Notes: generated by a model not told the origin, from the sequence alone. Counted from the first letter of the stretch, positions 20,925-32,852 are shown. The stretch is DNA of 64,000 nucleotides from Thecamonas trahens ATCC 50062 (GCF_000142905.1 NW_013657643.1:142054-206053), one strand, 5' to 3'. Numbers and translations are program-made.

Positions 20925-21119
20925 GCGGACGAGTCTGGCGGTGTCGAGAGAGCGGTGTGGTGGGGGGGGGGCGGTGACGTGTGCGAGGCTGTTCCGGGCA
21001 GGACCATGGAACATTGGGTCGACTCGGGACGTCGGTGCGCGTGACTACGGTTCGCCGGCTGTCGAAAAATAGTTTACCAATGTGCCGTCTAGTGTACCGA
21101 GATCAGGAGTGGAAGTACC

Positions 21120-21539
21120 ATGGAGAGACGGAGGGGGGGGGGGGGCGTGCACGTCGGATGTTGGTGGGGAGGGAAAGAGGACAACCAAGTCAAGCAGGCT
21201 TTGCGTGCCCGGCGTTCGGCGGACAATCCTCTGGCTGCATCGACCGCTACCACGCCGTGGACAGCCGAGCGCCGAACCAACTCGGACCTCGACTTCTCCT
21301 CCCTCAACCAACTCGGTGGCCTGCCGCACGGCTTCCACGCCCTCGCGCCACACAATGACATCGGCGGCGCCGCGGCCGACATCATCGCCGCCGACTGCAA
21401 CACCCTCACTCGCGGCCTCGTCAGCCTCGCCCAGATTGTCCTCCATACCAGCTGGCATCGGGCACCGTCGGACGCCCCACCCCACCCCGCCCCGCCCCGC
21501 CCCACCCCACCTCACCCCACCTCCACGGCTCGCCGCTAA
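21120..21539 (+). other. Short ORF or gene fragment of unknown status
   Basis: Segment 21280-21450 has coding-like C-ending codons (LGGLPHGFHALAP..IIAADCNTL), but the ORF ends run into G and C tracts. Confidence 0.25.
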
Positions 21540-21541
21540 TC

Positions 21542-22267
21542 ATGAGCTCCAGCAGGTGGGCGTGGGCGGTAGGTGCGGCAGTGGCGGGCGGGGTGTGTGC
21601 AGCCGAGGTGGCGGCAGGCGCGCAGGTGGCGGCGTACCTCGACGGAGCGGCGAGTCTGGTGGCGGGCGGCGGCGGAGGCGACTCGACGGGATCACTGGCT
21701 CGGCGGGCGCGGGCGGTGGGCGCGGAGCTTGGCGTGGCAGAGCCGGATGCTGTGGCCATTTACGCCTCGCTTGTGCCGGTCTCGTTCTCAGGCGGGATCA
21801 GGGTGCCTTTGCTCGACATCGACTCCCGGTTTGTAGCCCTGGCCGAAATCAAGCTACTTGCCGACGGCGCCCGCCCGGGCGATGCGCTGCCTAGCTTTGC
21901 CACCGCGCATGAAATGGCGCACCTTGCCGAGCACCATCCACTGGTGCTGACGGCTGTGCACAGCTTCAGCGCCGGGGCGGCGGCGGCGGGCATTGTCTCG
22001 GCATGGGCCGGCGGCGGGCGTCCGCTCAGTGCGCGGGTGGCAGCGACGGCGGCGGCAATTGGCTTGGTCGTTGTGGCTGACACGCTTGCGTCGCAGCTGT
22101 GCGAGTTGCGGGCGGATGCGCGGGCGGCAGGCGCAGGCTATGCCGCAGCTGGCATCGCTGCGCTCGAGAGCTATGGTGAGCAGTTCGGCGTCCACCCCCT
22201 GGCATGGAGCCGGCGGCATCCGCCGCTGGCGCTGAGGCTTGCGCTGCTCCGCAAGTATGGCGTTTAG
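21542..22267 (+). CDS. Membrane HEXXH zinc-peptidase-like protein (M48/TMEM177-like)
   Basis: FATAHEMAHL, two hydrophobic helices, then ELRADARAA and HPPLALRL, the M48-type motif order. Confidence 0.7.
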   Translation: MSSSRWAWAVGAAVAGGVCAAEVAAGAQVAAYLDGAASLVAGGGGGDSTGSLARRARAVGAELGVAEPDAVAIYASLVPVSFSGGIRVPLLDIDSRFVALAEIKLLADGARPGDALPSFATAHEMAHLAEHHPLVLTAVHSFSAGAAAAGIVSAWAGGGRPLSARVAATAAAIGLVVVADTLASQLCELRADARAAGAGYAAAGIAALESYGEQFGVHPLAWSRRHPPLALRLALLRKYGV

Positions 22268-22270
22268 TCG

Positions 22271-23368
22271 TCAGCGCCTGGCGCTCGACGACGGAAGCGC
22301 CGACGAGTTGAGCATGGCTGCGGCAGAGAAGCGCGGGACGGTCGACTCGGGGACAATGAGCGGGTACGAGTGCGACTTTGCGCGGTCGAGGATGTTGGTC
22401 AGCGAGTTTTCCTCGTCGGCCTCGGCCGAGTCGCTGGTGATGACGATCTTCATGTCGGGCGTCTCGCCGACGGCGTCGCTGACGTCGAGGCGGGCATGGC
22501 CGTCGATGAGGAGGGCGACGGCGACGTCTTTGTGGCCCTGGGCGCACGCGTGGTGCAGTGCGGTGCAGCCATGGGCGTCGACCTGGTTGACGTCGAGGCC
22601 CTCAAACGAGAGCAAGTACTTGACAATGCGGGTGTGGCCCTGCAGTGTGGCCCAATGGAGTGCGGTCCGCTCAAGAAAGCTCGTCGAGTTGAGCTCGGGA
22701 TAGGCCATGCCGTCGCCATCCGGGTCAAAGCCTTGCTCGATCATCCGCTGGCGTGCAAGCTCGGTGTCGACGAGCTTGTCAGCGTCGACCGCCAGTGGCT
22801 CGCGGGTCAGCTCCGACTCTGCGGCCGAGACGTCAAAAGCTGGCGACGCTCCCGGCGACGCGCCGCCCGACCCGTCGCCGGGCTCTAAACCCTGGGCGGC
22901 ATCGAACATGGCCATGGGCAGCGGGGTGCCGTCCTCAAGCATCGAGACGAGCGTGTCGAGGTCGTCCTCGCGCGCAGCGGCAATAAACTTGGCGTTGAGC
23001 TTGGCCTGGATACCGATCGGGTACCACGGCAGGCCCTCGGCCTCGGTGTAGCCCGGCACATCCTCGAATAGCTCGGCGATCTCGTCGTTGTCCTCGACCA
23101 ACGACCCGTCCCGCGCGGCCATCTGGACCATGACCGCATCCACGTCGGCCACCATCCCGGTCTCTGTCGTCGCCACCTCGGCCAGCCGCTGGAAGACGAC
23201 CTCGTCACCGTCCCCTTTGCCCCGTCCATCGCCAGCATCGCCGCCATTGCCGGCAATGCCCAGCGCCGCCAGCTCGGCGTTGGTGAACTCGTCGCCAGCC
23301 GAGACGGTCCCCTTGCGGCTGTGCTCCACAAACGCACTCACCGCAGACGACCTCCGCGACGACCGCAT
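22271..23368 (-). CDS. Ankyrin-repeat protein
   Basis: RTALHWATLQGHTRIVKYLL, DAHGCTALHHACAQGHKDVAVALL, DAVGETP. Start uncertain (gap upstream). Confidence 0.85.
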   Translation of the reverse strand: MRSSRRSSAVSAFVEHSRKGTVSAGDEFTNAELAALGIAGNGGDAGDGRGKGDGDEVVFQRLAEVATTETGMVADVDAVMVQMAARDGSLVEDNDEIAELFEDVPGYTEAEGLPWYPIGIQAKLNAKFIAAAREDDLDTLVSMLEDGTPLPMAMFDAAQGLEPGDGSGGASPGASPAFDVSAAESELTREPLAVDADKLVDTELARQRMIEQGFDPDGDGMAYPELNSTSFLERTALHWATLQGHTRIVKYLLSFEGLDVNQVDAHGCTALHHACAQGHKDVAVALLIDGHARLDVSDAVGETPDMKIVITSDSAEADEENSLTNILDRAKSHSYPLIVPESTVPRFSAAAMLNSSALPSSSARR

Positions 23369-24083
23369 CCCGCCCTGCAGCCGCTGCTCAGTGCGCCGGG
23401 TGAGGTGTGGGCTGCTTCCGGTGGGACTCGTGGTTGTGGCTGGGGTGGCGTGACATGCCATTCGCCACCAACGCAGTGTGTGGGTGGCGGGGGTGGCGGG
23501 GGGGGGGGGGGTGGGCATTCTGATCAACGGTACTCGTGCATCGCCCACTGAAGGTGCCCACACCAATAGCCATTGCGATGTGTAGGGTGGGTAACCAGGC
23601 TTCTCCCTCTCCCCCCTCCCTCCANNNNNNNNNNNNNNNNNNNNNNNNNNNNNNNNNNNNNNNNNNNNNNNNNNNNNNNNNNNNNNNNNNNNNNNNNNNN
23701 NNNNNNNNNNNNNNNNNNNNNNNNNNNNNNNNNNNNNNNNNNNNNNNNNNNNNNNNNNNNNNNNNNNNNNNNNNNNNNNNNNNNNNNNNNNNNNNNNNNN
23801 NNNNNNNNNNNNNNNNNNNNNNNNNNNNNNNNNNNNNNNNNNNNNNNNNNNNNNNNNCCTCCCCCCGAAACTGTGTGATGCATTCGCCGGTTGCCGGTTG
23901 TTGTCCGGCGGCAGCCGTTGGCGCGCGTGGGAGGGGAGGGGGCAGGGGGCTGGGATAAGGGCTGGGGCTGGGTGAAGGGGTATCACGGTGGGGGGTCACA
24001 ACACTCCACGCAAGCCGTGTGCGGAGGAGGGGAAACAGGTTGGAGACGGCGCGTGGACCAGAGGGAGGGCGCATTCGTATAGC

Positions 24084-27000
24084 ATGCTCGTCACCGTCTA
24101 TGTCCAGGTCAACGAGGGCGACGAGCTGGTGTCGGCCAAGGTGACGCTGAAGGACGACCAAGGTCTAGCGCAGCAGGGCCCGCGGCTCAAGATCAAGTTC
24201 CGCAAGACAGGGCACGACTTTAAGTCGGCTGCCTTCTGGGAACCAGCCGCCGTCTATGTCTGCGATTCGGATGGCAACGTTGTAGGCGCAAAGTACTCGC
24301 CCGACTCTCCGTTGGAGTCCATCGACTTTAACCACCGCACCCAGACCCTTCTCATCTCCTACAACCAGTCGCTAGCAGGCGAGCCTGACCCTGAACCCGA
24401 GCCCGAGCCCGAGCCCGAGCCTGAGCCCGAGCCCGAGCCCGAGCCCGAGCCTGAGCCCGAGCCCGAGCCCGAGCCCGAGCCTGAGCCCGAGCCCGAGCCC
24501 GAGCCCACCCCCGAACCCGAACCCGAGCCCGAGCCTACCCCCGAACCCGAGCCCGAGCCCACCCCCGAACCCGAACCCGATCCCACTCCCGAGCCCGAGC
24601 CCACCCCCGAGCCCACTCCCGAGCCCACCCCCGAGCCCATCGCTGCCCCCCCGCCAACGATCATTGCGGGCGACGCTGACGAGGACGAGTATGAATCGGC
24701 TGACGACGAGATTGGCGGCTCGGTGTCCGACTCGTCGTCGTCGGGTATTGACGTGGCGGGAGGGGTGCTCAACGTGCACGCGCTGTCGGCGTTTGACGGC
24801 AGCTCATCTCTCGGCCCACCGAAGCGATCGTCGGGCCGCGGTGGGTCCACGAGTGCGCGCTCAGAGACGACGTCGTACGTGCCATCGCTCGCCGTCTCGA
24901 CGGCAGCTGTGTCGACTGCGGCTGCAGTCGAGCCCGACGCTCGGCTTGACCATATCTTTGACATTGCCGTCAATGCGGCCGTTGGCCTTGAGCTGCTGCG
25001 TGAGCGCGAAGAGGCTGAGCGCGAATGGATTCAACGCAAGGCCTTTGAAGTGATTGAGTCGCGCATTGCCAACGAGAAGGAGGCCGCCAAGCAGCTGGAG
25101 TCAGACCAGAGCGAGTATCTGAAGGCGCTGCTGCTCCCGCCGTCGCCGGGCTCGCCGTCGCCCATCAAGCGCGCATCGCCTCGCAAACGCATCGCTCCCA
25201 AAGCCCGCGCTGACCAGACCAAGTTCACCGCCGCCATCGACGCCCTCACCCTCCAGTTTGAGAACCTGGCCGAGGAGGTCATGAGCCTCACATCGTTCAT
25301 CGCCGATCCAGGTACAAACCCCAACCCGTACGAGCTGGACCCGGCTGTCCACGCCGAGGCGAGTGCTGCCGCCGCCGACGCTGCCGCTTCCGCCGCCCAC
25401 CGCCCGGCGAACAACTCAACCCTTTACGAGTTTGACGCCTTCTCCGACACCTCATTTGCCCTCGACGAGCTCTCGCCCGACAAGCCGCGGATATCTGGCA
25501 ACCGCTCGCGGTCGCGGCGGTCGCGGTCGCGCTCGCGCTCGTCGCGCGCTCGCGACCCGACTGCGCTCGCTGCTTCGACCTTCTCAGGCTACCTCGATCA
25601 GTCCGGCGACAAGCTGGCGTCGCCAACCAAGCGCTCGCGCCGTTCTCGTCGGCGCGGCAAGCTGCCGGGCGTCGGCGCCGGAGACGATGGCCGCGGTCGC
25701 GCCCTCATGACCTCGTCACCACCACGAGTCCACTCGCTCCATCAGTACGCGTCGGACCTCGCTGCAACCGCCGACGCCACGCTTGCCGACGCCACCCACA
25801 CGCTCCAGTTTCCTGGTGAGGATGACCTTGAGCGCGAGGTCGAGCGCATCTGCCGCGAGAACGAGCGGTATGTGCGCGAGCGCCGCCGTACCGAGCGTGA
25901 CCACGACGTTTCGGCTGCTGGCGCGGCGCCGCCGCACTCGGCACGCGAGGCCAATGAGCGCGCCCGCCGTGAGGCTGCTACCCGTGCCGCGGCCCGCAAG
26001 CATGAGGCGGCTCGGTCAGGAGCTCGCTCGCGGCGGGCCCGCACGCCGAAGCGCTCGCCGCCTGCCAAGCGGGCCACCCCGGTGCGGCACGTCTCACAGC
26101 CGCCGCCAGCGCCGTCGCCAGGCCTTTATGAGTACGAGTACGAGAGCGAGTACGAGGAAGAGGCCGACCAGACACCAGCCCGCGCAGCACGCTCGCAGCC
26201 GGCGGCCCGACGCGGCTCGCGGCGCAGCGGCCAGCCACTCGCAGCCAGCCCGCAAAGTCGGAAGGCTGCGGCCGAGCTCGCGCGACGCGAGGCTGAGCTT
26301 GCCCGGCGCGAAGCCGCACTTGCTGACCGTGTCCGTCGCGAAGAAGAGCGGCTCGCGGCCGAAAAGCGGCGGCTGGTCAAGGCCGCGGCGGCCAAGCGGC
26401 GGCGCGAGAAGGCTGATGCTTCGCAGCGGCGTGCCGCGTCGCGCGGGCGCTCGGCGTCGCGCGACTTGGACGTGACGAGGTCGTCGAGCTCACGGCAGCG
26501 GCGGAGCGCGGCGGCCCAGGTGCACTCGCCGCTCGGCTCGACAGCGTCGGTTGACCTCGAGCATGAGTCGAGCCTCCGCCCGCGGCGCGGGCATCGGACA
26601 GCGACGTCGCCGTCGCGGACCGAGTCGCTCTTCCTCGACTCGACGTCGAGCCGGCCGGCGCGGCGGAGCAACTCGACCAACGCCGCCGCGCTCGGCCCGC
26701 CGGGCGCTCGCATTAGCTCGCGGCCCGACGGCCGGCTTGACGAGTCTGAGCTGGTGTACTCGCCGACCAAGCGCGGAACGTCGGCGACGTCCAAGCGCAA
26801 TGTCCGGACTCCACCGGTCCGGCGCCACATGTCGTCTGAAGAGGTAGCGGCCATGGCGACGCCCGAGGGCAAAGAGGTGGTCTTTGTGGCTGCTGACGGC
26901 AGCGAGTTCCGAGTCCCGATGGCGGCGGCTCTGGCCTGCGGCGCAGTGGCGCCGTCAACCTCCAAGTTTGTGTTCGAGTCGGCGCCGCCGATGGTTGTCG

Positions 27001-27413
27001 AGCTCGTCGCCGCGTACCTCATCGAGGGCTCGCTCGAGCTGCTCACGCCCGAGCTTCTGGCCCGGCTCGGTGCCTTTGACGTCCTCCGCCTCGCCGAGAC
27101 CCTTATGGTTCCTTCGCTCTACGTCCACGTGGCCGGCATCATTCTCGAGACGCCCGGCGCCGACACGGCTCGGCTCGGCGCAGCCATGAAAGCCTCGTTC
27201 CTCACCCGTGCCGACGTCAAGGACCTCAAGCTGTTGGAGGCCCGGTGCGGGAGCCCGATAACAACGCCGGTCTTTGATCTCTTTGTCCGCTACGCCCGCT
27301 CGCGGGCCAAGCGCAAGGCGACGAGGGCGACGACTCCGGTGGCGCGGTCATCGCGATCCTCGCCAGATCTCTCGTCGCGGTCGTTTGGGCGCCGCCGGTC
27401 CCAGCGCAGCTGA
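24084..27413 (+). CDS. Large low-complexity protein with Pro-Glu repeat and C-terminal Skp1/BTB-like domain
   Basis: 1110-aa ORF; (PE)n/(EPTP)n tract; RS-rich middle; [33 protein letters not shown] resembles BTB/POZ. Confidence 0.7.
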   Translation: MLVTVYVQVNEGDELVSAKVTLKDDQGLAQQGPRLKIKFRKTGHDFKSAAFWEPAAVYVCDSDGNVVGAKYSPDSPLESIDFNHRTQTLLISYNQSLAGEPDPEPEPEPEPEPEPEPEPEPEPEPEPEPEPEPEPEPEPEPTPEPEPEPEPTPEPEPEPTPEPEPDPTPEPEPTPEPTPEPTPEPIAAPPPTIIAGDADEDEYESADDEIGGSVSDSSSSGIDVAGGVLNVHALSAFDGSSSLGPPKRSSGRGGSTSARSETTSYVPSLAVSTAAVSTAAAVEPDARLDHIFDIAVNAAVGLELLREREEAEREWIQRKAFEVIESRIANEKEAAKQLESDQSEYLKALLLPPSPGSPSPIKRASPRKRIAPKARADQTKFTAAIDALTLQFENLAEEVMSLTSFIADPGTNPNPYELDPAVHAEASAAAADAAASAAHRPANNSTLYEFDAFSDTSFALDELSPDKPRISGNRSRSRRSRSRSRSSRARDPTALAASTFSGYLDQSGDKLASPTKRSRRSRRRGKLPGVGAGDDGRGRALMTSSPPRVHSLHQYASDLAATADATLADATHTLQFPGEDDLEREVERICRENERYVRERRRTERDHDVSAAGAAPPHSAREANERARREAATRAAARKHEAARSGARSRRARTPKRSPPAKRATPVRHVSQPPPAPSPGLYEYEYESEYEEEADQTPARAARSQPAARRGSRRSGQPLAASPQSRKAAAELARREAELARREAALADRVRREEERLAAEKRRLVKAAAAKRRREKADASQRRAASRGRSASRDLDVTRSSSSRQRRSAAAQVHSPLGSTASVDLEHESSLRPRRGHRTATSPSRTESLFLDSTSSRPARRSNSTNAAALGPPGARISSRPDGRLDESELVYSPTKRGTSATSKRNVRTPPVRRHMSSEEVAAMATPEGKEVVFVAADGSEFRVPMAAALACGAVAPSTSKFVFESAPPMVVELVAAYLIEGSLELLTPELLARLGAFDVLRLAETLMVPSLYVHVAGIILETPGADTARLGAAMKASFLTRADVKDLKLLEARCGSPITTPVFDLFVRYARSRAKRKATRATTPVARSSRSSPDLSSRSFGRRRSQRS
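24381..24637 (+). repeat. Coding hexamer repeat (GAGCCC)n encoding (EP)n/(EPTP)n
   Basis: About 40 hexamer units, with a higher-order 30-bp period in the first half. Confidence 0.95.
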
Positions 27414-27439
27414 GTCCTTTTACGGTAAATCTACTCGAG

Positions 27440-28789
27440 CTACTCGACGTGCGCCGGGACCGGCGCGTCACCGATGAGCGGGACCATGGCAATGGCGGCG
27501 CCTACCGAGAACGTCACCAGCAGTGTCTCGGCCATCGGCCAGCCGTAGGCCTGCACGAGCGCGCCGAGGGGGAAGCCGCAGAGCGAGGCGCCGAGGTAGC
27601 CGACGCCACCTACAATGCCGCACGCCGTCGCCGCGAGGCTCGGCGTCACCTTTTCCGACGCCACCATGCCGATGAGCGTAGCCGGCATGTTGATAGCGGC
27701 GCCAAAGACAAAGACGACGGCCGGCAGCGAGAGCTGAGGCGCCGGAAGCGGGCCGTAGAAGAGCCAGCCGAGTGCAGCCGACGCCACCACCTGGGCCCAC
27801 AGATTGACCTTGGCCCGCGAGCCGCCACAAAACGTATCCGAGATCCAGCCGCAGGTCAGCGAGCCAGACCCGTATCCGACTTCGAGCCAAAAGATGAGCG
27901 CGGCCGCCGAAGCCTTGTCGAACCCGCGCTTCTCCTCGAGCCACATGACGAGCCAGTCGCCGAGCGCGACCTTGACTGCGAGGCAGAAGGCGCAGGCCAA
28001 GTTGAGCCACCACATCGACGGGTTAGTGAGGAGCGCCGAGACCGACGATGCGTTCCCCGACACCGCCTCCTTGACCGCCGCCTTCTTAGCCGTCACCTTG
28101 ACCGGCGATGCTGCCGACTGCTCGCCGGCCGTCGCCGGCGGCGGCGCCGTCCACGCCAGGACGAGTCCGGCTGCAAGGAGCGAGACAACTGACGGGATGG
28201 CAATGGCCATGCGCCAGCCGTAGGTAGCAGCAAGCGGCGGAACGATAAAGGCAAGGAGGGCGCCGGCGAGCGGGCGGGTGGTGGAGACCACGCCCCACCA
28301 CGTCCCGCGCTGGTCAGGCGGGAACCAGAAGATGAGCAGCTTGCCGCACGGCGGCCACCAGGCGCCGTTAAGAAGACCGTTGCCCGCCCACAGGAGCACC
28401 ATCAGCGGCAGCGACGAGACCGAGGCAAAGGCTAGCGCCACAAGCGCGCTGGCAGCCAGGCCACCGGCGAGCATCAGCCGCACGTCCACCGTGTCGGCGA
28501 GCGGAGCGACCACAAACTTGGACGCAGCGTAGGCCAGAATTAGCGCCGACGAGAGCGAGCCAAGCGCAGCCTTATCCACCTCGAGTTCGGCCATGATCTC
28601 TTTGCCCACAAACGCCCACGACTTCCACGCTGTGTAGTAAGCCATGCCCGCCACGCACATGCCGGCCACCGCACGCCTCCGCGCCGTCTCGCTTCCGCAC
28701 TCCACCACGCCTCGCCCGCCCTCACCGCTCCCGCCATCCTTGCCCGCCATCCCAATGCGTCTCCGGTACACCAAGTCCCCACGTGCCAT
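27440..28789 (-). CDS. MFS organophosphate:Pi antiporter family transporter (SLC37/GlpT/UhpC-like)
   Basis: YYTAWKSW, AYAASKF..LAD, WWPPCGKLLIFWFPPDQRGTWWG, GWISD, ATACGIVGGVGYLGASLCGFP; about 12 TM helices. Confidence 0.88.
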   Translation of the reverse strand: MARGDLVYRRRIGMAGKDGGSGEGGRGVVECGSETARRRAVAGMCVAGMAYYTAWKSWAFVGKEIMAELEVDKAALGSLSSALILAYAASKFVVAPLADTVDVRLMLAGGLAASALVALAFASVSSLPLMVLLWAGNGLLNGAWWPPCGKLLIFWFPPDQRGTWWGVVSTTRPLAGALLAFIVPPLAATYGWRMAIAIPSVVSLLAAGLVLAWTAPPPATAGEQSAASPVKVTAKKAAVKEAVSGNASSVSALLTNPSMWWLNLACAFCLAVKVALGDWLVMWLEEKRGFDKASAAALIFWLEVGYGSGSLTCGWISDTFCGGSRAKVNLWAQVVASAALGWLFYGPLPAPQLSLPAVVFVFGAAINMPATLIGMVASEKVTPSLAATACGIVGGVGYLGASLCGFPLGALVQAYGWPMAETLLVTFSVGAAIAMVPLIGDAPVPAHVE

Positions 28790-29040
28790 GCAGTGTCGAC
28801 AAGTGGTGCTTGTGCCTGGTGTTGGAGTTGTTGGGTGGGGAGGCGGCAGTTGGGGCGGAGGGTGGGGGGTGGGGGGTGGGGGGTGAACCACGTCAAACAA
28901 TTTTTTCTCGCCGTTCTTCCCTTCCCCTCCCCCCCCCCCCCTCCCTTTTGAGCCGGGGCTGGGGCTACCCCCCCTGCCCCAACGCCGACCTCCGACACCG
29001 TCCCCCCACCCGATTTCCACTTGTCTTTGCGTCGCGCACC

Positions 29041-31136
29041 ATGGCGCTGACGTCGTTCAAGTTCGCCCAGTCGTTTGGGGACAAGCAGCCCATCGGCGAG
29101 GTGACCGAGGGTACGTGTTGTGTGAGATTGTTGTGGTCCCCGTGTGCCTTGCGCTTGCGCCCTCCTCGCAAAGTGCCGGCCTTCTCCGCCAAAGGGGGGT
29201 TGATCACTTCGTGGTTGTTCGTCTTCGCTGGCTGGGCCGCTCGCCAGCCGCCGAGATTGGTGTGCGCCCGTAGGCCTTTGCAGCGACGTACCGGAGACGC
29301 CAGCCTTGCCTGGTATATCAAGACCATGGATACTCCCCCGAGACACTGTCTGGTGTGGCACTGCGGCATTGCTCCTGCCTGGTGCACCCCTTGCAGGAGC
29401 CGCTCTGAGCAAGTGCCTCGGGCCGCCGACCTATTTTTTGGTTTCGAACGGCCGGCCCCGCTCGCCGCCCCTCGGGGCAGCTTACAAGGCGGTAGCGGCT
29501 TGTACCGACGGCGGAGACCAGTTTGTGCGTGCCGGACGCCTTGCAGTCTTTCGTTCTCCCCCTGTGTATACCTTTTTGAGCTGCCCGAGCTTTATCCCGC
29601 GAGGGGCAATGACTCGCGGCCGCAGGCGTACTTGGGAAATTGCGGGGTGGCTTGGTTGCGAGCCAGTCAGGGTCTGGCAAGAGGGGGAAGGGGGGGGGGG
29701 GGGGCAGGAAGAGCGGGAGGGGACAGAGGGAGAAGCGAAGAAATGGGGGGGGGACTCACAGGACCAAGTGTGCATGGTTGTGCTGGTTGTGGCTGGTTAA
29801 CGGCTGGTGACGGGCTGGTGGTGGGCATGGACTGAACGGCACCGCAGCCGACATCATCTCTACGGTCGAGTTTGACCACACGGGTGACTACCTGGCGACC
29901 GGCGATAAGGGCGGGCGCGTGGTTGTGTTTGAGCGGTCGAACGAGAAGGTTGCGCCGTCGACGTCGTCGAAGCGCAAGTCTGACAAGTACGTGTCTGCCG
30001 AGTACGGGTTCTACGCCGAGTTCCAGTCGCACGAGCCCGAGTTTGACTATCTCAAGTCGCTGGAGATCGAGGAGAAGATCAACAAGATCAAGTGGTGCAA
30101 GCGGTCGAATGCGGCGCACTTTTTGCTCTCGACAAACGACAAGACGATCAAGCTGTGGAAGATCTATGACAAGAAGGTGCAGGAGGTGACGTCGACGAAC
30201 CTCGACGGGCGGCGCGATGCGTCGCTCTCGACGTCGATTGCGACGCTCAAAGTGCCACAGCTTGTGACGACCGACACGGTGGTGGCTGCGACGCCGCGGC
30301 GGATCTACGCCAACGCACACGCGTACCACATCAACTCGATCTCGCTCAACTCTGACGGAGAGACGTACCTCTCTGCCGACGATCTGCGGATCAACCTGTG
30401 GAACCTGGACATTTCGTCGCAGTCGTTCAACATTGTCGACATCAAGCCCGAGAACATGGAGGAGCTGACCGAAGTCATCACCTCGTCCGAGTTCCATCCG
30501 ATTTCGTGCAACATTTTCCTCTACTCGTCGTCCAAGGGCAACATCAAGCTCGCCGACATGCGGCAGGCTGCGCTCTGCGACGTCCACGCCAAGAACTTTG
30601 AAGAGGCCGAGGACCCGTCCAAGAAGTCATTCTTCTCGGAGATCATCTCGTCCATTTCGGACGCGCGCTTCTCGCGCGACGGCCGCTACATCCTCTCGCG
30701 TGACTACCTCACCCTTAAGATCTGGGACGTCCGCAACGAGTCCAAGCCAGTCACCGTCCTCCCGGTCCACGACCATCTCTCGGGCAAGCTGTGCGAGCTC
30801 TACGAGTCGGACGCCATCTTTGATCGCTTCGAGTGCTGCTGGGCTGGCGACTCGGGCAACGTCGCCACCGGCTCGTACGGTTCGCTCTTCCACGTCTACG
30901 ACCGTGACGGCAAGACCGACAACGTTCTCGAGGCCTCCCGCAACGTTCAGCGCAAGTCGTCCTCCAAGAAGGGCCTCTCACGCCTTGGCCGCAAGCGCGA
31001 CAAGCGCGCCGACCACGACATCAACCCGGATACCATCGACTTTTCGTCCAAGGTCCTCCACCTCGCCTTCCACCCGCACGAGAACACCATGGCCGTCGCC
31101 AACGCCAACAACCTGTACGTCATCCACTCGTCGTGA
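29041..31136 (+). CDS. PPP2R2: PP2A regulatory subunit B55, 2 exons (29041-29110 and 29848-31136)
   Basis: [82 protein letters not shown]. Confidence 0.97.
29111..29847 (+). other. Spliceosomal intron of PP2A-B55
   Basis: G|GTACGT donor and CCGCAG|CC acceptor, phase 1, restoring the conserved EADIISTV. Confidence 0.92.
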
Positions 31137-31326
31137 GGCTTTCTATCCTTCCCCTCCCCGTTTGCAGTGAACGATCTATCCGTCTATCCCTTACCCCCCT
31201 CCCCCTCCCCTGACCCCCTCAAAAGCCTCGACAGCCAACGGCGACAGCAGACGGCTGGCCGGCGACCAGGCGACTGGGCGAGAACAGACAGGCAACGACC
31301 ATACTCGACTTCAAAAAATACCAGTC

Positions 31327-32852
31327 ATGGCAGCAGGCGAGCAATTCTCTGATCTGTGCAAGAAGAAGTACTCGGAGCAGGCCGTCTGGTTCCTCAACGG
31401 GTTCTGGAACAAGGGCATGAAGGAGGAGGCCGAGAACGTGTGGAAGTTTGCCCAGAAGTTCATCGAGCTCGACGCCAGCAACAGCAAGGACGGCAACGAG
31501 ATTGACGAGTTCCTCTCGCACAAGGTACGAACGGCGAGTTGCGTTTGCGATGTGGGACAAAGAAAAGGTGGGAGGGGAGGGTGAAGAACGTCGAGCTGTT
31601 TGTCCGCGGACGTGGTGGCGGTGGCTACGGGTCATCTCTTGCTCGAGGTGGCGGTGGTGGAGGTGGTGCGGGGGGGGGGGAGGGGGGGGTGGCGACCGAC
31701 TCACGCACAGCGGCGAAAAAAATGGGCCTTTCTTTGAATACGGCGAATTCGTGGTGACGCGGCGAATGGCGGGCGGGTGGACGTGGACGATGTGGACGGC
31801 ACGTTGTGGCTGGCGCATGGCTCGATGGACATGTTGGTTCGCCGGGGAGGGGGGAGTAGTTCCTCGAGACGCTGGATGAGACCATGACTGTGCTCGAGAT
31901 GCGTAAGAAGCTGCGCGAGATCGACCAGGATGCCAACGGGCACATGGCGCTCCTCGAGTACCTTGTCTACCGCTACGGGTTTGGCGTGGACGAGACAGTC
32001 AACGCGCCGCAGGGCGGCAACCAGGAGGAGATCGACCAGGCGCAGGCCAAATTCGACGAGCTGTCCGAGGCACTGACCGCGCAGGTGCAGGCGGTGGCCG
32101 AGCTCGACGCGGCGGTGGCCGAGCTCGACGCGGCGGTGGCCGAGCTCAAGACGGTGGTCGCCGAGCTGCAGGAGGCTGTTGCGGCAACGCAGGCAGCGGT
32201 TGAAGAGCTCAACGCGGCGGTGGCCGAGCTGGAGGCCGCCGAGGCCAAGCTCCAGGCCGCCGAGGATGAGCTCCAGGCTGCCATCGACGACCTGCACGCG
32301 CAGGAGGAGGCGTACCACGGCGCCATTGCCACCGCCGAGGCCAAGGCCAACGACGACACGCTCGGCGTGGTCAAGCGCAACCGCGCCGCGGCCGAGCTCG
32401 CCCAGCTCAAGGCCGAGGACCCGATGCCGCTTCGCCGGGCCAAGCTGACCCAGGAGGCCTCGCTCCGCAAGGTCGGTAAGGAGAAGAAGATCGTGGCTGC
32501 CAAGCGCGAGGAGCAGGAAGCCAAGCGCACCGAGCAGGAGGCCAAGCAGGCCGAGCAGGAGGCCAAGCAGGCCGAGATGGAGGCCAAGCAGGCTGAGCAG
32601 GAGGCCAAGCAGGTTGAGATGGAGGCCAAGAAGGCCGAGGCCGAGCAGGGCCAGGTCGAGCTCGAGGCCAAGATGGAGGAGGCTTCGGCCGAGCTCGCCG
32701 CCCTTAAGGCCAAGGGTGGCATCGCCGAGGGTGTTCTCTGGTGGATGGAGCGGACCGAGATCGAGGCCGACAAGTACCTGCCGCCCTCCAAGCAGAAGTA
32801 CGCCCACCTTCACAAGAAGGTCGACATCCGTGCCGGCGCCGAGGACGAGTAG
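31327..32852 (+). CDS. Calcium-regulated actin-bundling protein (Dictyostelium ABP34-like; EF-hand + extended coiled coil), 2 exons (31327-31524 and 31860-32852)
   Basis: YSEQAVWFLNGFW, EF-hand-like LREIDQDANGHMALLEYL, GVVKRNRA, GVLWWMER..KY match hallmark ABP34-family motifs. Confidence 0.82.
31525..31859 (+). other. Spliceosomal intron of ABP34-like gene
   Basis: AAG|GTACGA donor and GAGTAG|TTC acceptor, phase 0, joining SHK to FLETL. Confidence 0.85.

Noticed and set aside
28783-29835. 350-aa ORF upstream of the PP2A-B55 main exon
   Set aside because: Only 29041-29110 is coding; the rest is UTR and intron read-through.
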